Shown one piece after another: positions 8,215 to 18,201 of a DNA stretch of 32,000 bases (position 1 is the first letter of the stretch; every line of letters begins with the position of its first letter). The stretch is taken from contig NZ_CP046533.1 of the NCBI RefSeq assembly GCF_014857065.1, positions 270,001 through 302,000 of the forward strand, read 5' to 3'. The notes beneath the pieces were generated by a model, which worked only from the letters and a program-made list of their open reading frames with translations, did not search any database and was not told where the DNA came from. The position numbers were made by a program, and so were the translations under genes. This DNA is from Candidatus Saccharimonadota bacterium. GTDB taxonomy: Bacteria > Pseudomonadota > Gammaproteobacteria > Enterobacterales > Enterobacteriaceae.

Positions 8215-8304
8215 CAGTGAGGGAGGGATTCGAACCCTCGATACAGCTTCATACTATATACTCCCTTAGCAGAGGAGCGCCTTTAGCCTCTCGACCACCT
8301 CACC
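8215..8304 (-). tRNA. serV: tRNA-Ser (anticodon GCU), class II long variable arm; 3' CCA not encoded
   Basis: Reverse complement reads GGTGAGGTGGTCGAGAGGCTAAAGGCGCTCCTCTGCTAAGGGAGTATATAGTATGAAGCTGTATCGAGGGTTCGAATCCCTCCCTCACTG. The anticodon loop is CTGCTAA, with a long extra arm and T-loop TTCGAAT. Closely resembles E. coli serV, and its position downstream of csrA matches E. coli csrA-serV-argV. The acceptor is followed by TTGG, not CCA. Confidence 0.9.
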
Positions 8305-8315
8305 TAAACCTAACA

Positions 8316-8344
8316 ATATTACATTAATATAAATTATTAATCAA
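8316..8344 (-). promoter_or_regulatory. Candidate sigma70 promoter for the tRNA-Ser/tRNA-Arg pair
   Basis: The minus strand reads TTGATT (8344-8339), a 17-nt spacer, then TAATAT (8321-8316), ending 11 nt before the mature tRNA-Ser 5' end at 8304. The -35 sits inside a 15-nt palindrome AATCAATAATTGATT (8339-8353). Hexamer matches like this are common by chance in AT-rich DNA. Confidence 0.25.
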
Positions 8345-8541
8345 TAATTGATTCATGTTATATAATAAACATTAACCCTAAAAAATAAACAGAGAATTTA
8401 TTATACAATATTCAAATATTAAATAAAATTACTACAAAAGAAACATATAAATATCACATAAACCTTAAAATGCCATAAACTATACTATATAAACGTTAAA
8501 GAGATTACACTTCTAATAAAAACTAACTAATAGAAAAACTA

Positions 8542-8712
8542 TTATAACTTTTCAGCTTGAATTCTCTGATAAATTTCTTCTCGATGTATAGATACTTCCT
8601 TAGGGGCGTTTACACCAATACGTACCTGATTGCCCTTAACACCTAAAACAGTAACTGTAACTTCATCTCCAATCATAAGAGTTTCACCAATTCGTCGAGT
8701 AAGAATAAGCAT
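8542..8712 (-). CDS. csrA: Carbon storage regulator CsrA (56 aa); absent from the supplied ORF track
   Basis: Manual translation of the minus strand from ATG at 8712 gives [56 protein letters not shown], then TAA at 8544-8542. It is identical to E. coli CsrA over the first 55 residues except V8I and V42I, and 5 residues shorter at the C-terminus. AAGGAG Shine-Dalgarno 8 nt upstream. The plus-strand track ORF 8630..8824 is its antisense shadow. Confidence 0.93.
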   Translation of the reverse strand: MLILTRRIGETLMIGDEVTVTVLGVKGNQVRIGVNAPKEVSIHREEIYQRIQAEKL

Positions 8713-8720
8713 ACTTACAC

Positions 8721-8754
8721 TCCTTGAAATATCAAAATATAATCAATCCTTCCA
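8721..8754 (-). promoter_or_regulatory. csrA 5' leader with GGA motifs (possible CsrA autoregulatory sites overlapping the SD)
   Basis: The minus strand reads ...TGGAAGGATTGATTATATTTTGATATTTCAAGGAGTGTAAGT-ATG. A tandem GGAAGGA sits at 8754-8748 and AAGGAG (the SD) at 8726-8721. The spacing of about 25 nt is compatible with a CsrA dimer bridging two sites. G is otherwise rare in this spacer. Confidence 0.35.
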
Positions 8755-8936
8755 ATTTGCTATTATCATAATAAAACCAAATCTTCATAAGTTTAAAATA
8801 AAAAAATCAAATAAAATAAAATAATGTGTTTTAGAATAACATAAATAATCTTATTTTACATACAAATAAAAATATAGAAATTTTAAAAAATTAATAATTA
8901 AGGATAATTTAAAACATAACCATTGAAGTTATCTTT

Positions 8937-11573
8937 TCATAAACTCATAGCTAACAAAGCATCTACAGCAATTAAAGTTGTTTGCAACAATTGCTTGTTG
9001 CTGTAACCACCACCTTGAGCGAAACCCGGACCTCCACCGCCTTTACCACCCATTTTACTAGATAAAAAGTCTATGATTCTTATAGCATCAATGCAGTGAA
9101 ATAAATCTTCAGTTACTCCTACTATTACATGAACTTCACCGTGTTTATCTGTAACAGCAAGAACAATAATTACCGACTTTAACCGATGTTTAAGACGATT
9201 AACTATATTTCGCAATTCATCTAATGAAACATTATCTAGATGATAGAGTAATGTTTTTATGCCCTTAATATAACGTACATGATCCACTAAAAATATACTT
9301 TTCGCTGAATCATTTTCATCTTTCAATAACTTGATTTCTTTTTCTAATTGTAATGAGCGATACAATAAACCATCTATTTTTTTAACTATATTCTTATTAT
9401 CTACTTTCAATATTTGAGATATCTTAAATAAAGTAATTCTATTTATATTTAAAAAAGACAACGCCACTTTGCCCGTTATTGCTTCTATTCTATGTATACC
9501 CGAAGCAATTGAACGTTCTTTTTTAATAATAAACAAACCAAGATCACCAGTACGAGAAGCATGTGTTCCACAACATAACTCAATAGAAAACTCCCCTATA
9601 ATTAACACTCGTACTTGATCATTATATTTTTCATTTATTAAAATTTTGGCACCTTTATTAAGAGCTGCATCTAATGACATAATCTCAGTCACAATAGAAA
9701 GATTGCGCCTAATTTGTTGGTTAACAAGATCTTCTATTAAGTAAATTTGATCCTGATTAATTGCTTTATTATGAGAAAAATCAAAACGCAAATACTGACT
9801 ATTAACAAATGAACCTTTTTGAAAAATACCATTACCTAATATACAACATAATGCAGAATGTAATAAATGTACTGCAGAATGATTTAAAGAAATATCCAAT
9901 CTATATAATTTATCAATTTTAGCTGTTACCTTATTACCAACCTTTAAGGACCCATAAGTAACTCGACCTAAATGCCCAATTACCTGACCATATTTTTGAG
10001 TATTAATTACTAAAAAACAACCCAACAAAGATTTTAACTCACCACAATCCCCAATTTGACCGCCTGATTCACCATAAAAAGGCGTCCAATCAAGTACAAT
10101 AAGAGCTTCCTCATTGACATTAATTTTTTCTACTGATTGATTATCTTTAAATAAAGCAACAATTTCAGCGACACATTCAGACTGATCATAACCAATAAAC
10201 CTAGTAAATTGATTAATAACTGAAACATAATCTCTGTTAGGATGTAAAATATTAGCGCTACGTGTAGACTTTTGTTCCATTAACATAGCATTTTCAAATC
10301 CTAATGTATCAACCTTCAAACCACGCTCATGACAAACATCTACAGTAAATTCTAGAGGCAAGCCATAAGTACTATAAAAATAAAACGCCTTCTTGCCATC
10401 TAAAACATGACCATTTAATCTTGATAACTCAATATCTAGTACATCTAATCCTCGTCGTAACGTATTAGAAAACTGTTTTTCTTCATAAAATAGAACTTCT
10501 TTTATAAAATTTGTTTGAGCAAAAAACTCAGGTTCTAGATCGTTCATGATTGCAATAACAGGTTCAACTAATCTATGTAAAAAAATATTATTAATACATA
10601 ATAATCTACCGTGACGAATAGCTCTTCTAATAATACGTCTTAAAACATATCCTCGTCCTTCATTAGAAGGAATAACTCCAATATGTATTAAAAAGATACA
10701 CGCACGAATATGATCAGCAATTACACGTAAAGATACTCCATTTAAATCACTTACACCAATTATTTGAGATATAGCAATAATTAAATTTCTAAATAAATCA
10801 ATTTTATAATTATTATCAACCGATTGTAAAACTGCAGAAATTCTTTCTAACCCCATACCAGTATCTACTGATGGTATAGGTAAAGGTAATAATTCTCCAC
10901 TAATTTGACGATTAAATTGCATAAAAACTAAATTCCAAATTTCAACATAACGATCTCCCTTTTCTTCCGAACTTCCTGGTGGACCTCCTAAAATATGAGC
11001 TCCATGATCGTAAAAAATTTCCGAACAAGGACCACATGGACCAACATCACCCATATTCCAGAAATTATTAGAATCATATGTTCTATCTTTTCTTTTGTCA
11101 CCAATACGAATAATTTGTTGAGGTAAAACATTTGTTTCATCTAACCATATTTTATAAGACTCATTATCAGAAACATGGACTGTGATCCACAATTTATCAA
11201 TAGATAAATTGAACCAATGTTTACTAGTTAATAATTCCCATGCAAATTTGATTGCATCATATTTAAAATAATCACCAAAACTAAAATTACCTAACATCTC
11301 AAAAAATGTGTGGTGACAAGATGTATATCCTACATTATTTAAATCATTGTGTTTACCTCCAGCACGCATACAACGTTGGACAGTAACAACACGCTGATAC
11401 AAGCTGCGTTCTAAACCTAAAAAAATATTTTTAAATTGATTCATACCAGCACTAGTAAACAATAAGGTTGGATCATTTATAGGTAATAACGAACCACCAG
11501 GTACTATTTTATGCCCTTTATCTTGGAAAAAATTCAAAAATTCTTGACGAATTTCAGTAGTGCTTTTGGTCAT
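8937..11573 (-). CDS. alaS: Alanine--tRNA ligase
   Basis: 878 aa. MTKSTTEIRQEFLNFFQDKGH..V..S.L, FTSAGMNQFK, class II core motifs, editing-domain HSA.HLLH and CCGTH, C-terminal GGKGGGGPGFAQGGG. Full-length relative to E. coli AlaS (876 aa). Confidence 0.97.
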   Translation of the reverse strand: MTKSTTEIRQEFLNFFQDKGHKIVPGGSLLPINDPTLLFTSAGMNQFKNIFLGLERSLYQRVVTVQRCMRAGGKHNDLNNVGYTSCHHTFFEMLGNFSFGDYFKYDAIKFAWELLTSKHWFNLSIDKLWITVHVSDNESYKIWLDETNVLPQQIIRIGDKRKDRTYDSNNFWNMGDVGPCGPCSEIFYDHGAHILGGPPGSSEEKGDRYVEIWNLVFMQFNRQISGELLPLPIPSVDTGMGLERISAVLQSVDNNYKIDLFRNLIIAISQIIGVSDLNGVSLRVIADHIRACIFLIHIGVIPSNEGRGYVLRRIIRRAIRHGRLLCINNIFLHRLVEPVIAIMNDLEPEFFAQTNFIKEVLFYEEKQFSNTLRRGLDVLDIELSRLNGHVLDGKKAFYFYSTYGLPLEFTVDVCHERGLKVDTLGFENAMLMEQKSTRSANILHPNRDYVSVINQFTRFIGYDQSECVAEIVALFKDNQSVEKINVNEEALIVLDWTPFYGESGGQIGDCGELKSLLGCFLVINTQKYGQVIGHLGRVTYGSLKVGNKVTAKIDKLYRLDISLNHSAVHLLHSALCCILGNGIFQKGSFVNSQYLRFDFSHNKAINQDQIYLIEDLVNQQIRRNLSIVTEIMSLDAALNKGAKILINEKYNDQVRVLIIGEFSIELCCGTHASRTGDLGLFIIKKERSIASGIHRIEAITGKVALSFLNINRITLFKISQILKVDNKNIVKKIDGLLYRSLQLEKEIKLLKDENDSAKSIFLVDHVRYIKGIKTLLYHLDNVSLDELRNIVNRLKHRLKSVIIVLAVTDKHGEVHVIVGVTEDLFHCIDAIRIIDFLSSKMGGKGGGGPGFAQGGGYSNKQLLQTTLIAVDALLAMSL

Positions 11574-12407
11574 CTTAATCTCAATAAGACTAATAATCTT
11601 AAACCTTTGTTAAAGCAGATTCTATTTAAATTATCGCAAACAACAATTAAATATTATATTAATATGATAAACTCTTAATTTTCATTGAAACAACTATAAT
11701 CATATATAACGCTTATCTTACGACCAACCTGTACTATAAAACCTACAGCTCTTAACATTTAAGAACATTTTAAAATAGACAAAAGCCAAGATGTAAGTAC
11801 AATTTAAATTAAACATACAAATATCTGGTCGATTCTACAAAAACTAAGTCAGAAAAACAACTTTTAAATCATTTAATAAAACTGTAGTTTGAATTAAATA
11901 TAATTTTAGATTATAAATAAAACAATAACATTTATATAATTTATTTAACCTTATCAATATTGAGCAATTTGCAATAATTCAACAATAAAAAGATTTTTAC
12001 CTTATAAATTACGCTCACAATTTGTAGAATGTATTCACAAAATAAAATAATGAGAATAAATACTAAAATCTTAAAATAAGATCTAACAATTACTAACAAA
12101 ATAAACAAACAACTAACAATAAAAATATAAAAAAAAGTTAAACATAAATATATCTAAAATATTTCCGAACTAATATAACTATAAATAAAACAAATAACAT
12201 AAACTATTAATTTTAGTCATATCAAAACCATTAATTATCTAATAATGTTTAAACTCACAAAACCCCATCGTGTATAATCCAACTATACAAACAAATACAT
12301 TTAAAGATTAAAATAAAATAATTTTCACAAACAAAACAATCATTAATTAAAAATTAATAAATAAAACCCTTCATAGTCTTATTGTAAAAATCAAAAATAA
12401 ACATACA

Positions 12408-13424
12408 TCAAGGAAGATAACACAAAGGATTAACGGACTTTCCTTTATATCTAATTTCAAAATGTAACTTTACTAAATCAGTTTCCGTACTACCCATAGT
12501 TGCTATCTTCTGTCCTACCTGAACTTTTTCCTGATCATTAACTAATATTGTATCATTATGAGCATAAGCACTAAGCCAATCATTATTATGTTGAATAATA
12601 ACTAAATTACCATATCCTCTCAATGCGCTACCAGCATAAATGACCTTTCCGGCAGTAGTAGCTAATACAGGTTGACCTAAGAATCCAGAAATATCAATTC
12701 CTTTATTTCCTATTTCATTAGAAGAAAAATAATCAATAATTTTACCATGAGCAGGCCAACACCATTTATGAATATTAGTAATAGGCGGATTATCACTGCA
12801 ATAGAATACTTTATCAATTACACCAGCTTTTTTACTCACATTTTGAGGCACTATACAATCTTTATCCTGAATAAAAAATGATACTTTTTTAATAGGTATT
12901 AAATATATGAAAAATATATCTTTACTATATCTTATATAGAAAGAATCATTTTTTAATTTAATTATTTCTTTCTTAAAAAAAGATAATGGAAAATACACAA
13001 TATTCATAATTAAACTTACATAATTATTTATCTGTCGACAAACTGATAATAATTTATAATTCAAGTACATGTTAGGATATCCTATATATAAAATGTCTCC
13101 AATTTTTAATTTATCTATTTCTTTAATATTATTTTTTTTTGCCAAAACTTGAAAATCTTTTCCTGTAATCCAAGCAATATAAAATAAAGTATCACCGCTT
13201 TCCACTTTATAAGTAGAATAACGATAAAAACCTCTAGGAATTTTTTTATAATCACGATCTAGTTCTATTGAAGATATATTAAAATTGTTTAATTTTTTTA
13301 TTTCATTATTAATTTTAATTACAGGCGACTTAAAATAATAATGTGAACAACCAAACAAATATATACAAGATGTAACAGAACACATTATTTTACATAAATA
13401 TTTTATAAAACATTTTTTAAACAT
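12408..13424 (-). CDS. nlpD: Murein hydrolase activator NlpD (LysM + LytM/M23 lipoprotein)
   Basis: 338 aa. N-terminal signal with a lipobox-like LFGC-S. LysM domain [29 protein letters not shown] (E. coli: [29 protein letters not shown]). C-terminal M23 domain [53 protein letters not shown]....[15 protein letters not shown].YLP. Confidence 0.88.
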   Translation of the reverse strand: [338 protein letters not shown]

Positions 13425-13556
13425 ACATTACAAATTAAAAAAATAATTAAAAAAAAGAACAAAAAGCAACATTTAGACTATAAATAATTTAAATTTATTA
13501 ATAATAAATAACATGAATAATTGTTATAAATGCCTAGTTCGATTGAAGAATAATAA

Positions 13557-14024
13557 CTACACTAAAAAAGATATAGATTCACAAGCAATGCCTTCAATCC
13601 TTCCAACAAATCCTAATTTTTCAGTAGTTGCAGATTTGATATTTATTAAATCTGAATGACAGCATAAATCTGACACAAGATTTGTATGCATTTTTGAGAT
13701 ATAAGGCGCTACCTTTGGCACTTGAGCAATAATAGTAATATCTAAATTACCCAATTGATAACCTTTATTGAGAACTTTTTGCCACACAGCACGTAATAGA
13801 TCACGACTATCTACATCTTTAAATCTTACATCCGTATTAGGAAACATTATACCAATATCACCAAGAGAAGTAGCACCAAGTAAAGAATTCATTACAGCAT
13901 GTAACATAACATCCCCATCAGAATGAGCTATTAATCCTCTAAAAAAAGGAATTAATACACCGCCAATAATTAAAGGCTTACAACCTCCAAATCTATGCAC
14001 ATCAAAACCATGACCTACACGCAC
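13557..14024 (-). CDS. ispF: 2-C-methyl-D-erythritol 2,4-cyclodiphosphate synthase
   Basis: 155 aa. [30 protein letters not shown] and the ATTTEKLGF.GR motif are colinear with E. coli IspF. The start overlaps the ispD 3' end by 10 nt. Confidence 0.95.
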   Translation of the reverse strand: MRVGHGFDVHRFGGCKPLIIGGVLIPFFRGLIAHSDGDVMLHAVMNSLLGATSLGDIGIMFPNTDVRFKDVDSRDLLRAVWQKVLNKGYQLGNLDITIIAQVPKVAPYISKMHTNLVSDLCCHSDLINIKSATTEKLGFVGRIEGIACESISFLV

Positions 14025-14749
14025 TTTAAAAATTCCTCATTCTCTCTAATTTGAGATAAATAAATACTTGCCAAAATTAAATCTTCCGGATAAGTAACTT
14101 TAATATTATCTGATCTACCAATAATTAATTGCGGATGATAGCCAAATAACTCCAATGCTGAAGACTCATCAGAAATTATATAACCTTTTTCTAAAACAGA
14201 AGAAAGAGAGCATTTCAAAAGACTAAAATTAAATAACTGAGGAGTAAGTGCACGCCACAAATTTTTACGATTCACCGTATAATCAATTAATCTGCTACTA
14301 TTTACACATGCTTTTTTAATAGTATCTGCTACTGGTATTGCTAAAATGCCTCCCACGCACGAATAAACTGTTATTTCAAGTAAACGAAGAAGATCATCTT
14401 GATGTAAACAAGGACGAACTGCGTCATGGACAATAACCCAATCAACTTTATCCATATACTTAAGAGCAGCCATGACGGAATCGGTACGTGTTTTACCCCC
14501 AATTACAGTAGCCACTTTAGCATCATTAGAAATAGATAATTTACGAAACCAATGATCACTACTACTAATAACAACTATAATTTGTTTAATACATGACTGA
14601 CACATTAAAGTACTTATTGAATATTCCAACAAAGTCTTATTACCAATCATAGAATATTGTTTAGGTACACGACACTTCATCCGTCTACCTATACCTGCTG
14701 CTGGCAATACAGCTATAATGTCCGGTAAATTTTTTTTTAAAAAAATCAT
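14015..14749 (-). CDS. ispD: 2-C-methyl-D-erythritol 4-phosphate cytidylyltransferase
   Basis: 244 aa. [12 protein letters not shown]....PKQY, VHDA.RPC and ALTPQ.F motifs. Sits in the ftsB-ispD-ispF order as in E. coli. Confidence 0.93.
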   Translation of the reverse strand: MIFLKKNLPDIIAVLPAAGIGRRMKCRVPKQYSMIGNKTLLEYSISTLMCQSCIKQIIVVISSSDHWFRKLSISNDAKVATVIGGKTRTDSVMAALKYMDKVDWVIVHDAVRPCLHQDDLLRLLEITVYSCVGGILAIPVADTIKKACVNSSRLIDYTVNRKNLWRALTPQLFNFSLLKCSLSSVLEKGYIISDESSALELFGYHPQLIIGRSDNIKVTYPEDLILASIYLSQIRENEEFLKCV

Positions 14750-14779
14750 AATACTATTTTATATCAATATACAAATTGA

Positions 14780-15073
14780 TCATATGTTATTAGCAGTATT
14801 TGAAACTATACGATAATAAGTTTCACCCTTTTTAATCATACCTAAATTAACTCGTGAACGCTCTTCAATAGAATCATATCCAAAATACAAATCATTAATT
14901 TCGGCAAACAGAACATCATTACAAACTTTCCCTTTAACACTCATAGAAATATGCTCTTGATGATTAATGAAATCACTAATTAAATATAATTCACGTACAC
15001 CATTTTTACCAAACCAAAGAGAATACTGTAAATAAGTTATCAATACAAAAAATACAAACTCGAACTTTATCAT
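14780..15073 (-). CDS. ftsB: Cell division protein FtsB
   Basis: 97 aa. LQYSLWFGKNGV is identical to the E. coli FtsB membrane-proximal segment. LFAEINDL and GETYYRIV (E. coli LFAEIDDL, GETFYRLV) are also present. Immediately upstream of ispD. Confidence 0.88.
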   Translation of the reverse strand: MIKFEFVFFVLITYLQYSLWFGKNGVRELYLISDFINHQEHISMSVKGKVCNDVLFAEINDLYFGYDSIEERSRVNLGMIKKGETYYRIVSNTANNI

Positions 15074-15190
15074 ATTAAGATTTTAAAAAAACCGTAACTA
15101 CCCTATTTTATAATAAATAATCACTTTATAACTAAATCCCAACTTACAAATTCGAAATATTCAAATATTAAAACAAACAAAAACAAAATT

Positions 15191-15808
15191 TTACTTCCTA
15201 AAAAGATATCTGTTAATTTCACTTAATATAGAATCCACAAGATGAACAATCAATTCACAACCATCAAGATGAATGTCTGGATGTAATGGCTCTTCATATA
15301 TTCCATCGATTCCAGTAAAATTCTCTATACTACCATCACTAAATTTTTTATATAATCCTTTAGGATCTCTGTTCCTACAAACTGCTAACGGTGTATCAAC
15401 AAATATTTCAATGAAACTGCCTACAGGAAATTTATTTCGTATTAATTGTCGTTCAATACGATAAGGAGAAATTAAAGCTGATAAAACAACTAAACCAGCA
15501 TCAAACATTAATTTTGATAACTCTCCTACTCTACGCATATGTTCACATCTATCAAAATTACTAAAACCTAAATCATTACAAAGACCATGTCGTATATTAT
15601 CGCCGTCTAATAAATAAGTGCTAACTAAGTCATCATATAATGTTTGTTCTAAAGCATTAGCTAAAGTAGATTTTCCAGATCCTGATAAACCGGTAAACCA
15701 TAACACCATACTACGATGTTTATGTAATCGCTCACGATCTCGCCGTTGAATATAATGATGATGTAAAAAAATATTTTTATTATTAGAAATAATAATATTC
15801 TTGACCAT
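15191..15808 (-). CDS. cysC: Adenylylsulfate (APS) kinase
   Basis: 205 aa. P-loop [34 protein letters not shown] and ISP motifs. Directly follows cysN with a 2-bp gap. Confidence 0.95.
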   Translation of the reverse strand: MVKNIIISNNKNIFLHHHYIQRRDRERLHKHRSMVLWFTGLSGSGKSTLANALEQTLYDDLVSTYLLDGDNIRHGLCNDLGFSNFDRCEHMRRVGELSKLMFDAGLVVLSALISPYRIERQLIRNKFPVGSFIEIFVDTPLAVCRNRDPKGLYKKFSDGSIENFTGIDGIYEEPLHPDIHLDGCELIVHLVDSILSEINRYLFRK

Positions 15809-15810
15809 TA

Positions 15811-17265
15811 TTATTTACCCTTTAATAAATTACGTACTCCCCAATGAGGATAATAACGACATATTAATGAATTTAAAGCTAATTCAAAATCAGCATGAAC
15901 ATCATTTTTTTTGCCACAATTTTTTGTAGATAATTCACGCACCATACCTGCACCAACCGTATTATTACTTAATGTATCAATAAGAATAAAACTACCAGTT
16001 ATCCTATTATCAAGATATTTATCAAGCATCAAAGGTTCATCAAATACTAGATCTACCAATCCAATAGAATTCAGTGACAAACTATCGGTGATACAACGAT
16101 CAAAAGTACTAACATTTATTCGATATTGAATATTTTCCACTCGTGCTCGATTTTTTTTACCGGCGACTTTAATAGTAAATATCTGCCCTACCAATAATTC
16201 CGTTTCAGACATCCAAACTATATCAACCTGTGCGCTATATACTATATTTAACTCTTCATTAACATCTACTATTAAATCTCCACGAGAAATATCAATATCA
16301 TCTGCTAATACTAAAGTAATCGATTCACCAACATATGCTTCTTGGCAATCTCCATTAAAAGTAACAATACGATCAATTTTTGAAATAATTCCAGAAGGAA
16401 AAATCTTTACTAATTGACCAACTTGTATCTTTCCTGAAGCTACAGTACCAGCATAACCTCTAAAATCCAAATCAGCATGTTTTATAATATATTGCACCGG
16501 AAAACGTAAAACATGTGATACTTCTAATTTATCTTTTAAATCCATTACATCAACATTCTCTAATATATCTAATAACGTTTTGCCATCATACCAAGACATA
16601 TTTCTTGATCTCATTATAATATTATCTCCATTTAAAGCAGATAATGGTATAAAATAATTCTTCACATCCACTACAAATTTACTAATAAAAATAAGATAAT
16701 CTTCCTGTATTTTTTTAAAAATATTATCGCTAAAATCAACCAAATCCATTTTATTTACTACAATTATAAAATAACGAATACCTAATAAAATGCATATAAA
16801 ACTATGTCTTTTTGTTTGCTCTCGCACTCCTTTACGAGCATCAATCAATAAAATAGCTAAATCACTTGTAGAAGCACCAGTAACCATATTACGAGTATAT
16901 TGTTCATGACCTGGAGCATCAGCAATAATAAACCTACGTTTTTGCGTAGAAAAATAACGATATGCAACATCAATAGTAATTCCTTGCTCACGTTCATCTT
17001 GTAAACCATCTACTAACAAAGCTAAGTTTAACTTATTACTAGAATGGCCAAAATATTTTTTACTATCATTACGTAATGTTAATAATTGATCATCACAAAT
17101 CTGACTACTATCATGTAGCAGACGGCCTATTAAAGTACTTTTTCCATCATCAACACTACCGCATGTTAAAAACCGTAACGAACCAATATGCTGTTGAGCA
17201 TCCAAGTATGCTTCAATACCACCTTTTTGTTCAATATATTCTGATGTTATTTTAATAATACACAT
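15811..17265 (-). CDS. cysN: Sulfate adenylyltransferase subunit 1 (GTPase)
   Basis: 484 aa. [51 protein letters not shown] and NKMDLV are the G1-G4 motifs of the EF-Tu-like CysN. Not fused to cysC. Confidence 0.95.
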   Translation of the reverse strand: MCIIKITSEYIEQKGGIEAYLDAQQHIGSLRFLTCGSVDDGKSTLIGRLLHDSSQICDDQLLTLRNDSKKYFGHSSNKLNLALLVDGLQDEREQGITIDVAYRYFSTQKRRFIIADAPGHEQYTRNMVTGASTSDLAILLIDARKGVREQTKRHSFICILLGIRYFIIVVNKMDLVDFSDNIFKKIQEDYLIFISKFVVDVKNYFIPLSALNGDNIIMRSRNMSWYDGKTLLDILENVDVMDLKDKLEVSHVLRFPVQYIIKHADLDFRGYAGTVASGKIQVGQLVKIFPSGIISKIDRIVTFNGDCQEAYVGESITLVLADDIDISRGDLIVDVNEELNIVYSAQVDIVWMSETELLVGQIFTIKVAGKKNRARVENIQYRINVSTFDRCITDSLSLNSIGLVDLVFDEPLMLDKYLDNRITGSFILIDTLSNNTVGAGMVRELSTKNCGKKNDVHADFELALNSLICRYYPHWGVRNLLKGK

Positions 17266-17274
17266 AAAAATTAC

Positions 17275-18183
17275 CTAAAAATAACCCTGTCGCTTTTTGA
17301 GCTCCATGGAAGAAGATTGATCAAAATCAATCACTCTACCTTGACGTTCGCTAGTAGAAAGAATAAGCATCTCTTTAATAACTTCTGGTATAGTCTTTGC
17401 CTGAGATTCAAACGCGCTAGTCAAGGGCCAACACCCAATAGTACGGAATCGTACCATACAATCTTGAATCTTTTCTCCTAATTTAAGATCAATACGATCA
17501 TCATCAACCATCATTAACATGTCTTTACGCTTTAAAATAGGACGAATTTTTGCTAAATACAAAGATATAACATCTATGCGTTCCAAAAAAATATACTGCC
17601 AAATATCAAATTCAGTCCAATTAGACAAAGGAAATACACGAATACTTTCTCCTTTATTTATTTGACTATTATAATTACGCCATATTTCTGGACGTTGTTT
17701 TCTAGGGTCCCAACGATGAAATTGGTCACGAAAAGAATAAATCCGTTCCTTTGCTCGAGTAATTTCCTCATCACGTCTAGCACCTCCAAAAACAGCATCA
17801 AACTCATATTTATCTAATGCTTGTTTCAGGGCATTAGTCTTCATAATATCAGTATACTTAGCGCTTCCATGAATAAACGGGTTAATACCCATAGCAACAC
17901 CATCTAAATTTTTATAAATTAACAAATTTAATTCAAGTCTTTTTACCATGTAATCACGAAATTTATAAGTTTCACGAAACTTCCAGCCAGTATCAATATG
18001 TAATAAAGGAAATGGCAATTTGCCAGGATAAAACGCTTTACATGCTAAGTGTAACATTACTGAAGAATCTTTACCAACTGAATACAACATTGCTGGATTT
18101 TTAAATTCAGCAGCAACCTCGCGAATAATGTAAATACTTTCAGACTCTAATTCTCGTAAAGAATTAATTTTTTTATTTTTCAT
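17275..18183 (-). CDS. cysD: Sulfate adenylyltransferase subunit 2
   Basis: 302 aa, the same length as E. coli Cys[48 protein letters not shown] and the C-terminus KK.GYF are conserved. Confidence 0.96.
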   Translation of the reverse strand: MKNKKINSLRELESESIYIIREVAAEFKNPAMLYSVGKDSSVMLHLACKAFYPGKLPFPLLHIDTGWKFRETYKFRDYMVKRLELNLLIYKNLDGVAMGINPFIHGSAKYTDIMKTNALKQALDKYEFDAVFGGARRDEEITRAKERIYSFRDQFHRWDPRKQRPEIWRNYNSQINKGESIRVFPLSNWTEFDIWQYIFLERIDVISLYLAKIRPILKRKDMLMMVDDDRIDLKLGEKIQDCMVRFRTIGCWPLTSAFESQAKTIPEVIKEMLILSTSERQGRVIDFDQSSSMELKKRQGYF

Positions 18184-18201
18184 AACAAATACTTAAACTC
18201 T

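Noticed and set aside
8630-8824. A 64-aa plus-strand ORF from the track.
   Set aside because: Its 5' part is the antisense of the near-perfectly conserved csrA on the minus strand. The real gene here is csrA (8542-8712, minus).
12900-13080. The central NlpD linker is hydrophobic and aromatic (F/I/Y/K-rich) instead of the Pro/Gln/Thr-rich linker of E. coli, considered as a possible inserted domain.
   Set aside because: The composition matches what AT-biased drift does to unconstrained linker regions. No motif or repeat structure is visible, and the flanking LysM and M23 domains are colinear with NlpD.
15273-16129. Plus-strand ORFs at 15273-15464 and 15911-16129.
   Set aside because: They are antisense to cysC and cysN respectively, with no motifs. 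I treat them as shadow ORFs.
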